DNA of 64,000 nt, taken from assembly GCA_964652235.1 (NCBI GenBank), contig CAZZDK010000002.1, positions 38,675-102,674 on the forward strand, in the 5' to 3' direction. The stretch comes from an uncultured Rhodospirillaceae bacterium. GTDB taxonomy: Bacteria; Pseudomonadota; Alphaproteobacteria; UBA9219. The position numbers and the translations under genes are program-made. Under the pieces are notes generated by a model, which was not told where the DNA came from, did no database searches, and saw nothing but the letters and a program-made list of their open reading frames with translations. This document shows positions 8,667 to 17,030 of this stretch, piece by piece. Numbering within the stretch: position 1 is the first letter of the stretch; the number at the start of each line of letters is the position of its first letter.

Positions 8667-10211
8667 ATGAATCTGTTTTCCCGCCTCGGTGCGGCGTTGA
8701 AATACGCCGCCACCGGACGCTTAAGTATGTCCGCGCTCACGGGCGGATTTGAAGGCGCGATGCAAAAACGCAGGCTTCTGGCTTGGCAAGCGACGCAGGC
8801 CAACATCAACACCCTCGTTGCAAGCGGCGGCGATCTTTTGCGCGCGCGGGCGCGGCAGATCGTGCGCTCCAATCCTTACGCGAACAACGCCGCGAACAGT
8901 TTTGTCGCCAATGCCGTGGGCGACGGCATCCGTCCTTCCAGCCTGATCGAGGACACGGAGCTGAAGCAGGAAGTTGCCCAACTCTGGAAAGACTGGACGC
9001 TTGAGGCCGATGCGGACGGGCTCACGGATTTTTACGGCATGCAGGGCCTTGTGGCGAACGCGCTCTTCGAGGCGGGCGAATGTTTCGTGCGGTTTCGCCC
9101 ACGCCGCCTCTCCGATGGGTTGACGGTTCCTTTGCAGCTGCAGCTTCTCGAAAGCGAAATGCTTCCGCTCTCCAAGATCGAGCTGGGGCCAACGGGCAAC
9201 CCCGTGCGCTGCGGGATCGAGTTCAACGGCATCGGTCAGCGCGTGGCCTATCATTTTTATCGCAAGCACCCCGGCGACAGCACAGAAAACGGCAACAAGG
9301 GAGAGCTTGTTCGCGTTCCGGCCTCAGAAATCCTTCATATCTATCGTCCGCAACGCCCCGGTCAGATCCGTGGCGTGCCGTGGATCGCGCCCGCGCTCGT
9401 GAAGCTCTATCTGCTCGATCAATATGACGATGCCGAGCTTGATCGCAAGAAAGTCGCGGCCCTGTTTGCGGGTTTTATTACCAAAGACAATCCGGACGAC
9501 AATCTGTTGGGCGAAAGCACTGCCGATGAAATGGGCTCCTCCATTGCGGGGTTATCTCCCGGCACAATGCAGGTTCTTTTGCCTGGCGAAAACGTGACTT
9601 TTTCGAACCCCGCCGATGTCGGCGGCTCCTACGAGCCTTTTCAGTACCGCAACATTCTGGCGGCCTGCGCGGCGATGGGCATGCCCTACACGAACGTTAC
9701 GGGCGATCTGAAGGCCGCCAATTATTCCAGCATTCGGGCGGGCACGGTGGAGTTTCGCCGCCGTCTGAACCAGTTTCAGGAGGCGACGTTAATTTTTCAG
9801 CTCTGTCGCCCGATCTGGCAGCGGTGGCTGGAAGCCGCCGTCCTGTCCGGCGCACTGCGCTTGCCGAACTTTGTCCAAAACCCGCGTCCCTACAATCGCG
9901 TCAAATGGATCAAGCCGAAATGGGAATGGGTCGATCCTCTGAAGGATCGACAGGCCGAGCAAATCGCGCAGCAAATGAACTGGAAGGCCCCTTCCGACAT
10001 CATCGAGGCTGAAGGCAACAATGTAGACGAGACGATGCAACGCATCGCCGAAGACCAAGCCCGCATGAAGACGCTTGGCATTCAAACCTCGACGGGCAGC
10101 GCGACAGCCCAAATACAAGCGGGCGGCTCTTCCGCAGAGGAACCCGCGCAAGACCAGACTGGCCAAGACACCCCCTCGACCGATCCAACGAAGAAAGAAC
10201 AAAACGCATGA
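8667..10211 (+). CDS. Portal protein (lambda gpB family)
   Basis: 514 aa, synteny W-B-C; acidic C-terminus. Confidence 0.75.
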   Translation: MNLFSRLGAALKYAATGRLSMSALTGGFEGAMQKRRLLAWQATQANINTLVASGGDLLRARARQIVRSNPYANNAANSFVANAVGDGIRPSSLIEDTELKQEVAQLWKDWTLEADADGLTDFYGMQGLVANALFEAGECFVRFRPRRLSDGLTVPLQLQLLESEMLPLSKIELGPTGNPVRCGIEFNGIGQRVAYHFYRKHPGDSTENGNKGELVRVPASEILHIYRPQRPGQIRGVPWIAPALVKLYLLDQYDDAELDRKKVAALFAGFITKDNPDDNLLGESTADEMGSSIAGLSPGTMQVLLPGENVTFSNPADVGGSYEPFQYRNILAACAAMGMPYTNVTGDLKAANYSSIRAGTVEFRRRLNQFQEATLIFQLCRPIWQRWLEAAVLSGALRLPNFVQNPRPYNRVKWIKPKWEWVDPLKDRQAEQIAQQMNWKAPSDIIEAEGNNVDETMQRIAEDQARMKTLGIQTSTGSATAQIQAGGSSAEEPAQDQTGQDTPSTDPTKKEQNA

Positions 10212-11434
10212 ACCTGTTGCCCCATATCGCGGAGCGCGTCTTTGCAACGCCCCTTATGATCGCGCGCGCCAAGCTGGACGTGATCCTCGGCGTACTTGCG
10301 CCGCGCTTGCAAGGCGCGGCCTTAGAGCCAAGAGAAGCCGTCGCGCCGCGATCCCTTTTTGAGGTCACGGCAGACGGCATCGCCATCATCCCGATCTTCG
10401 GAACGCTTGTGCGCCGGACAACGGGCCTTGAAGCGCAAAGCGGCCTGAGCAGCTATGCCTCTCTTTCCGAACAAATCGCCGAAGCTGCGTCCGACACGTC
10501 CATCCGCGCTATTCTTCTCGATATCGACAGCCCCGGCGGCGAAGCCGGAGGGGCGTTCGACCTTGCCGACCAGATTTTTGAAGCACGGAAGGCCAAGCCC
10601 GTCTGGGCCGTCGCCAACGAAAGCGCCTTTTCGGCGGCTTATGCGCTCGCCGCGTCCGCCGAGCGGCTTTATGTCACACGCACGGGCGGCGTTGGATCCA
10701 TTGGCGTGATCGCCGTTCACCTTGATCAAAGCCAAGCGGACGAACAAGACGGCTTCAAATACACGTCCGTTTTCGCGGGCGAACATAAGAACGATTACTC
10801 GCCCCACGAACCCTTGGCCGATCCCGCGCGCGCCGCTTTGCAAAAAGAGGTGGATCGCGTTTACGGCCTGTTTGTCGCTTGTGTCGCGCGGGGCCGCACT
10901 CTGTCCGCCGAGGCCGTCCGCGCAACCGAAGCGGGTTTGTTCTTCGGCGCAGACGGCGTGGCCGCAGGGCTTGCCGACAGGCTCGGCACGTTCGAGGACG
11001 CGCTCGGCGATCTCGGCGCCTCTCTTTTATCTCAACCCCAAACCTTCACTCTCAACCCAAGCAGAAAGGCGATCAAAATGACAACCCCAGAAAACCAACC
11101 CCAGATCGAGGCCAAGGAGGATTTGCCCGATCTTGAAGCCTTGAAGGCGGACTTCATCGAAAAGGCCCGCGCCGAAGCTAAAGCCGAAGCGATGGCCTAT
11201 GTCGCCGAGGTGCATGATCTCTGCGCTTTGGCAGGCGCGGCGCACATGGCAACGGATTTCATCGTCAAGGGCATGACCGTTGACGCTGTCCGTCATGAGC
11301 TTTTGGAGGCCAAGGCAAAAGCCTCCGAAACCACAACGCTGACCGGACACATCCCGGTCTCGCAGGCGCAAGCCGAAGCCAAGATCGACACGGCAGCCAT
11401 CTACGCCAAGCGCAACAACAAACAAGGAGACTAA
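10208..11434 (+). CDS. Prohead protease/scaffold, S49 (ClpP/SppA-like) family
   Basis: DIDSPGGEAGG and GSIGV motifs of the S49/ClpP fold; C-terminal coiled scaffold-like region. Confidence 0.75.
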   Translation: MNLLPHIAERVFATPLMIARAKLDVILGVLAPRLQGAALEPREAVAPRSLFEVTADGIAIIPIFGTLVRRTTGLEAQSGLSSYASLSEQIAEAASDTSIRAILLDIDSPGGEAGGAFDLADQIFEARKAKPVWAVANESAFSAAYALAASAERLYVTRTGGVGSIGVIAVHLDQSQADEQDGFKYTSVFAGEHKNDYSPHEPLADPARAALQKEVDRVYGLFVACVARGRTLSAEAVRATEAGLFFGADGVAAGLADRLGTFEDALGDLGASLLSQPQTFTLNPSRKAIKMTTPENQPQIEAKEDLPDLEALKADFIEKARAEAKAEAMAYVAEVHDLCALAGAAHMATDFIVKGMTVDAVRHELLEAKAKASETTTLTGHIPVSQAQAEAKIDTAAIYAKRNNKQGD

Positions 11435-11437
11435 CCC

Positions 11438-12088
11438 ATGACCGAAGTCAAAGAAGGCCAACATAAGGCCGAGTTTATCGTTACAGAAACCGAAGGCACG
11501 ATCTCGCGGGAAACGGTTACGCTCCTAGCGGGGCAAAACCTGAAAGCGGGACATGTCCTCGGCAAGGTTTCTGTGGGCTCGGCGAGTGCGCAAGCCTCAA
11601 GCGGCAACACAGGCAACGGCACGATCTCCGCCGTCACAGTCGGCGTGGGCGCGAAGGCAGGGATTTACACGGTCACTTGCGTTGAGCCTACGGCCAATGC
11701 CGGAACCTTCCTTGTCGAAGACCCCGATGGGGTTACCGTTGGGACGGCACATGTCGGCGTAGCCTTTACGGGGCCGATCAACTTCACTTTGGCGGATGGA
11801 TCGACGGATTTCGTGTCCGGCGACCGCTTCCTTGTCACGGTGGCAGCGGGGTCAGGCAAGTATAAAGAATACAATCCCGCCAACACGGACGGCTCTCAGA
11901 CGGCTGTTGCCCTTTTGCTCGATAATGTCGATGCGACGGCAGCCGATACGGAAGTCGTGATCGTTGCGCGACATGCCGAAGTGAACGGGGCCGAGCTTGT
12001 CTGGTTCACGGGCGCGACGGATCTGCAAAAGGCAACCGCCATTGCTCAGCTTAAGGAACAAGTGATCCTCGTGCGTTCCGCCCTCTAA
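11438..12088 (+). CDS. Head decoration/scaffold-like protein
   Basis: Position between protease and major capsid as lambda D; Gly/Thr/Val-rich beta-type sequence. Confidence 0.4.
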   Translation: MTEVKEGQHKAEFIVTETEGTISRETVTLLAGQNLKAGHVLGKVSVGSASAQASSGNTGNGTISAVTVGVGAKAGIYTVTCVEPTANAGTFLVEDPDGVTVGTAHVGVAFTGPINFTLADGSTDFVSGDRFLVTVAAGSGKYKEYNPANTDGSQTAVALLLDNVDATAADTEVVIVARHAEVNGAELVWFTGATDLQKATAIAQLKEQVILVRSAL

Positions 12089-12169
12089 CTCTTCCTCCCA
12101 ACCTGACGAAACCCCTGCCTTCCTTTGCGGGATGCGGGGTTTTTGTCGTTCAACAAAAGGAAAAACCTT

Positions 12170-13177
12170 ATGCCTATGCTTGATATCTTCTCGAATGACG
12201 CGTTCTCGGTCACATCGCTGACCGACGCGATCAACAAAATGCCGTACAGCCCCGGTCAGGCTGGCCAGCTCGGCCTTTTCAAGGAAAGCGGCGTTTCGAC
12301 AATCTCGATTACGATTGAGGAACGCGAAGGCTCTCTTGAGCTTATCCCGACCAGCCCGCGCGGCGCGCCCGCAACACAAAACAGGCACAACAAACGCAAG
12401 GCCCGTTCGCTCCTGACCACGCACCTGACGCTTGAAGACACCCTCATGGCCGATGAAGTCCAAGGCGTGCGGGAGTTCGGCAGCGAGTCTTCCGTGCAAA
12501 GCGTTCAAACCATCGTCAATGAACGTCTCGGTGATATGGCGGCTAAGCATGATCTCACCTTGGAGAACTTGCGTCTCGGCGCGATCAAAGGCGAGGTCAT
12601 CGACTCCGATGGCGTCAGCGTTCTTTACAATCTCTTCGACACCTTCAACGTCACGGCCAACAGCAACGTGGATTTTGATCTCGACGCGGCCTCGCCAGCA
12701 AGCGGCGCGATCAAAAAAATCTGCCATCAGATCAAACGCACCATCGAAGCGGAATTAGGCGCGGTTCCTTATGATCATATCCACGCCTTTTGCTCAGCCA
12801 GCTTCTTTGACGCCTTGGTCACGCATCCGGAGGTCACGAAAGCCTATGACCGTTTTCAGGAAGGCATCTTCCTGCGAACGGGACAGGCGCGCGGCCAGTT
12901 CGATTATGCGGGCATCGTCTTTGAAGAATACAGAGGCGGCAGCGGCTGCGCCATCGAAGACGGCACGGCGCGTTTCTTCCCTGTGGGCGTTCAAGGGTTG
13001 TTCCGCCAATATAACGCGCCCGCCGATTTTGTCGAAACCGTCAACACCATCGGCCTGCCGCGTTACGCCAAACAAGCCATCGACCAAGAGTTCGGTCGCT
13101 GGGTCAAACTGCACACGCAAGCCAACCCGCTTCCGATCTGCACGCGCCCCAGAGTGTTGCTCAAAGGCGCGGCCTAA
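12170..13177 (+). CDS. Major capsid protein (lambda gpE family)
   Basis: N-terminus MLDIFSNDAFSVTSLTDAINKMPY typical of gpE-like capsid proteins; AAGGA SD; ORF track start 12125. Confidence 0.7.
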   Translation: MPMLDIFSNDAFSVTSLTDAINKMPYSPGQAGQLGLFKESGVSTISITIEEREGSLELIPTSPRGAPATQNRHNKRKARSLLTTHLTLEDTLMADEVQGVREFGSESSVQSVQTIVNERLGDMAAKHDLTLENLRLGAIKGEVIDSDGVSVLYNLFDTFNVTANSNVDFDLDAASPASGAIKKICHQIKRTIEAELGAVPYDHIHAFCSASFFDALVTHPEVTKAYDRFQEGIFLRTGQARGQFDYAGIVFEEYRGGSGCAIEDGTARFFPVGVQGLFRQYNAPADFVETVNTIGLPRYAKQAIDQEFGRWVKLHTQANPLPICTRPRVLLKGAA

Positions 13178-13488
13178 TGGCTTTTGCCGTGGCCATCGCG
13201 GCCTTGTTTGCCGATCCGGTGCTGGCCAAACCCGCCGAGTATCTCCCCAAAGGAGGTCTCGGCGGCAAGGCCGTGCGGGTTATCACCAAACAGCCCGATA
13301 CGATCACGAGCTTTGGCGAAGCGCGTCTTCTTAGCACGACAACGCTGTTCGACGTTCATGTCGCTGAAGTGCCAAATCCCCAAATCGGCGACCAGCTTAC
13401 GGTGGAAGGTGTGACCTACACCATCCAATCCGAGCCTGTGGCCGACCGCGAACGCCTCATCTGGACGCTGGACGTTGTGCCGCTATGA
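13177..13488 (+). CDS. Head-tail connector/adaptor-like protein (hypothetical)
   Basis: Small ORF in head-completion position, overlapping stop/start with neighbours. Confidence 0.35.
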   Translation: MAFAVAIAALFADPVLAKPAEYLPKGGLGGKAVRVITKQPDTITSFGEARLLSTTTLFDVHVAEVPNPQIGDQLTVEGVTYTIQSEPVADRERLIWTLDVVPL

Positions 13489-14138
13489 GCCTGCGTCTTG
13501 TCGCCGCCCTGCAAGGCAGTCTCACAAAGATTGTCGCGCAGGAAACTAAAGCAGCGGAACATGCCGTCTCGCTTGGCGTAAGACAGGCGACCGATGGTCT
13601 TAAACAGGATTTGCGCGATCAAGTGACGGGCGCAGGCCTTGGACAACGGCTTGCCAAGACATGGCAAGGCAAAGTGTTTCCCAAAGGCGAAAGCCTAAAC
13701 GCGGCGGGGTTTGTGTTCAGCAAAGCGCCGGAGGTGATTGACAGCTACGCCCACGGCGCGGTGATCCGCGCCCATAAAAGCACCTATCTCGCCGTTCCCT
13801 TGCCAGCAGCCGGAAAGCTGGCGGGGCACAAGAAGCTTACCCCTGAGACATGGGAGCAAGTCCACGGGCAAAAGCTGGTGTTCGTTCCGCGACGCAGCGG
13901 CCTCGCCCTTCTTGTGGCCGAGAATATGCGCGCGCGCAAGGGCAAGCGCGGCGGGTTCACAGGAGCCAGCGCAAAGATGCTTCGCTCTGGGCGCGGCCTG
14001 ACGACCGTCCCGATATTCGTTTTAATTCCCCAAGTCACTATTCAAAAACGCTTCGACATCGAAAGCGTCGGCAAGAAATGGGTCGACCGCCTGCCGAGCA
14101 TGGTGATTGAGAACTGGCAGGAAGGCGATAAGCAATGA
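13485..14138 (+). CDS. Phage structural protein (hypothetical)
   Basis: Synteny only. Confidence 0.35.
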   Translation: MSLRLVAALQGSLTKIVAQETKAAEHAVSLGVRQATDGLKQDLRDQVTGAGLGQRLAKTWQGKVFPKGESLNAAGFVFSKAPEVIDSYAHGAVIRAHKSTYLAVPLPAAGKLAGHKKLTPETWEQVHGQKLVFVPRRSGLALLVAENMRARKGKRGGFTGASAKMLRSGRGLTTVPIFVLIPQVTIQKRFDIESVGKKWVDRLPSMVIENWQEGDKQ

Positions 14139-14563
14139 CGACGCGCGAAACCGTCCTGCAGGCTTTGTTCACGCTTTTGCAAACGATCTCCGGCCCCAAG
14201 GTCACGCGCAACGACGTCTTGCCGGAAAAGATACCGCCCGAAGGGTTGCTGATCTTGCGCGACGGGGATCCCGGTGAGCCGGAAACGCTTCTTTCGCCGC
14301 TTTCTTACTATTGGCAGCACATGGCCTCGCTGGAAGTTTTTGCTCAAAGTCCCGATGCGGATCAGCGCAACACGATCATGGACGGGTTGTTTCAAAGCAT
14401 CGCAGCTGCCCTGTCTACCGACCCCACGCTGGGCGGCCTTTGCGATCAAGCAACGCCCCAAGCACCCGACACCAATTCTATCGCCATCGAAGGCGCGGCC
14501 AACATCCGTGCCGCCATCGTGCCGATTCAACTGATTTACACGACCGCCAGCCAACTCGGCTGA
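14135..14563 (+). CDS. Tail completion-like protein (hypothetical)
   Basis: Synteny (upstream of major tail protein). Confidence 0.35.
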   Translation: MTTRETVLQALFTLLQTISGPKVTRNDVLPEKIPPEGLLILRDGDPGEPETLLSPLSYYWQHMASLEVFAQSPDADQRNTIMDGLFQSIAAALSTDPTLGGLCDQATPQAPDTNSIAIEGAANIRAAIVPIQLIYTTASQLG

Positions 14564-14592
14564 CCCCTTTTACCACAAAACCGGAGGATATC

Positions 14593-15531
14593 ATGGCCCG
14601 TGCCTATGGCGCGAACGCGCAGCTATTGGGTTCTTTTGAAACCATCTACGGAACCCCGCCCGCGAACGGCTTTATCAAATTTCCTTTTGTTTCCTCGCAG
14701 CTTGGTTCCGAGCAAGGGCTGATCGCCTCGGATTTGCTCGGCACAGGCCGCGATCCCGCGCAGCCCATGCGCGATGTGATTAATGTCGAGGGCGATGTCG
14801 TCGCGCCCGTCGATCTGCGTAACTTCGGCCATTGGCTCAAAGCCTTGCTTGGCACGCCGACGAGCAGCGGGACAGGCCCTCACGTCCACACCTATCATTC
14901 AGGCGTGACAAACCTGCCCAGCCTATCGCTTGAAATCGGCATGCCGGAAGCTGCCGCTTTCTTCATGAATATGGGTGTGCGCGTCAATTCTATGCAATTG
15001 ACCTTTGCCCGCTCCGGCGGTGCAAACGCGACGTTGAACTGTATCGCCCAAGGCGAAAGCCGTGCGGCAGCAAGCGCAGGCGGAACGCCGAGCGAGGCCA
15101 TCATCACGCGGTTCAATCAGTTTCAAGGCAGCGTGAAGAAGGATGGCGCGCAGCTCGGCAACGTCACGGGCGCGCAGCTGACCTACACCAACAACCTCGA
15201 AAAGATCGAAACGATCCGTTCGGACGGCAAGATCGATGGCGCGGATCCCACGATTGCCGCGCTGACAGGAACCATCGATGTGCGCTTTGCGGACACGGCG
15301 CTCATCGATGCTGCGACGAACAACACGCCTGTGGCGCTTGAGTTTGGCTACGTCATCGACGCCAGCCGTTCGCTTCTGTTCACGGCGCACCAAGTCTATC
15401 TGCCCAAACCCAAGCTCGCCATCTCCGGCCCCGGCGGCGTGCAGGCCAGCTTCAACTGGCAGGCCGCAAAGCCCGACGCAGGCCAGATGCTGACCGTCAC
15501 CCTGACTAATGATGTGGAGGATTACGCTTAA
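14593..15531 (+). CDS. Major tail (tube) protein
   Basis: ATG at 14593 with GGAGGA SD; 313 aa; immediately upstream of tail chaperone; ORF-track N-terminal extension from 14311 overlaps previous gene and is rejected. Confidence 0.5.
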   Translation: MARAYGANAQLLGSFETIYGTPPANGFIKFPFVSSQLGSEQGLIASDLLGTGRDPAQPMRDVINVEGDVVAPVDLRNFGHWLKALLGTPTSSGTGPHVHTYHSGVTNLPSLSLEIGMPEAAAFFMNMGVRVNSMQLTFARSGGANATLNCIAQGESRAAASAGGTPSEAIITRFNQFQGSVKKDGAQLGNVTGAQLTYTNNLEKIETIRSDGKIDGADPTIAALTGTIDVRFADTALIDAATNNTPVALEFGYVIDASRSLLFTAHQVYLPKPKLAISGPGGVQASFNWQAAKPDAGQMLTVTLTNDVEDYA

Positions 15532-15881
15532 TGATTAAACTCAATCTGAAACGCGAGGACTACTGGCTCGATCTCGGCTTTGGCGTGAGGGTCAATGTTG
15601 CGCCCTTAAGCACAGCGCTTGTCATGGCCGCCCGTTCGGCGGCTGCGGCGAAGATCCAGTCTACCGATGAGGCGGTCGGCGCGCGTGCGGCAGGGTTTCT
15701 GACCGAGCTGGCGCAAATAGCCTTTATCGCGTGGGAAGGCATTTGTGACGAGAACGGCGAACAGGCCGCCTTCACAGACGAAAATGTTCAGGCGCTTATG
15801 CAGCTCTGGCCCATCGCGGACGCTTTCGAGCGGCTCTATCTCACGCCATCGCTTCTTTTGGAGCAGGAAAAAAACGGTTAG
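15531..15881 (+). CDS. Tail assembly chaperone (gpG-like)
   Basis: 116 aa acidic protein between major tail and tape measure; ends with slippery A_AAA_AAC (15869-15875) followed by stop. Confidence 0.55.
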   Translation: MIKLNLKREDYWLDLGFGVRVNVAPLSTALVMAARSAAAAKIQSTDEAVGARAAGFLTELAQIAFIAWEGICDENGEQAAFTDENVQALMQLWPIADAFERLYLTPSLLLEQEKNG

Positions 15882-16230
15882 AGGCTCGCTGCAAATGGCA
15901 CTTTGGCGGCGGGCCTGATTATTGCGCTTCCTGCGCGGAGGCCAATCTTCCATGCAGCAAGGGGCTCCCCAACAAGGACGGGGAGCTATGCCCCTATTGC
16001 GCGAACGAGCCAAAAACAAACGAAGGATGGCAGGCATGGGACATCGCTCTGCGGTGCGCGGGGCAGCTTCGCATGACCAAGTTTGTCGTCATCGGCCTTG
16101 ACATGGGAGCGGCACTCAAGATCGGCGAAGCTCTTGGCTATGACCGAACGGGCTTAGCCGAGTTTCTTCCTTCCTGCGAGTCTGGCATGGTGTCAGCAAT
16201 CAACGCGAAAGTTAATGAGGGCTTAAAATG
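15531..16230 (+). CDS. Predicted -1 frameshift fusion product of the tail chaperone (gpGT-like), extension 15876-16230
   Basis: The -1 frame is open from the slippery heptamer to 16230 (about 116 extra codons) with no independent start; extension contains CxxC/CxxC pairs (DYCASC, LCPYC). Confidence 0.45.
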
Positions 16231-16251
16231 ATCCCTCACATCTTGGGATCA

Positions 16252-16995
16252 TCAGGCAATGTCAAGAATGAGGGCGCTATGATCCGAGAGGCCCGTTTCT
16301 CTTGGCGTGTGATCATAAGTGCATTTTGTCTCTTGAAACTTGTCCAAGAATTGCTTGTTTGCAAAAGCATGATCGATGCGAAAGCCGCTTTTTGATGAAC
16401 GCCAAGACCATTCCCGCGCGGTATCGCCATGTTCGTTGCGCCAAAGATCTGTGAGACGGCTCTTTCGGGTCAGATCCAAGAAAAGATCTTCGCAGGGAAA
16501 CTTTGTCGTCCCGTGCTCCTTATCCGTTGAACAGCAACCCGTATTCAAGTCGCCAAGGAGCAGGAAAGGTTTTCCTTGATGCTCTTTGGCCAGCTTGGCG
16601 CAGGCATGAAAAAACGGAACCTTTTTCTGGCCCAATGGAAAATAACAGGCGCACAGAGAAAAATGCGGAAAGTGGATAAAGCCCAGTTCCTTGGAACCAA
16701 AATCTGGCGATTGCACAGGATTGGCGCGGTGTTGATTGTTCTTTGAAGCAAAAAACACGCTGCTGGTTTTGCCTTTATCAAAGGCACAGAAGGGATGGAC
16801 GCAATATCCCAACCTTAAGAGGGCTACGATAAAATAGAATCCTGCTTCGCTGTATTTCCATTCCGACAGCACAATATGATCCGGCTCTTGTCTGCATAGC
16901 CATTCGACAATTTGGGGGGCTCTTTTGCCCCCACCCTGACAGACATTAAGCGAAACGATCCGTTCCACGAAATCACCACACATTCCAGAAGCCAC
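16252..16995 (-). CDS. Endonuclease/exonuclease/phosphatase (EEP) family protein, moron
   Basis: C-terminal LSDHSALILDI (EEP SDH motif), N-terminal SLNVCQGG; AT-rich relative to flanking tail genes; opposite strand. Confidence 0.55.
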   Translation of the reverse strand: MASGMCGDFVERIVSLNVCQGGGKRAPQIVEWLCRQEPDHIVLSEWKYSEAGFYFIVALLRLGYCVHPFCAFDKGKTSSVFFASKNNQHRANPVQSPDFGSKELGFIHFPHFSLCACYFPLGQKKVPFFHACAKLAKEHQGKPFLLLGDLNTGCCSTDKEHGTTKFPCEDLFLDLTRKSRLTDLWRNEHGDTAREWSWRSSKSGFRIDHAFANKQFLDKFQETKCTYDHTPRETGLSDHSALILDIA

Positions 16996-17030
16996 AAGGC
17001 TTCTTCCTTCTTGTTCGCAAGGAACTATAT

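Noticed and set aside
14311-14592. N-terminal 94-aa extension of the major tail ORF
   Set aside because: It overlaps the preceding gene extensively. A strong GGAGGA SD precedes ATG 14593.
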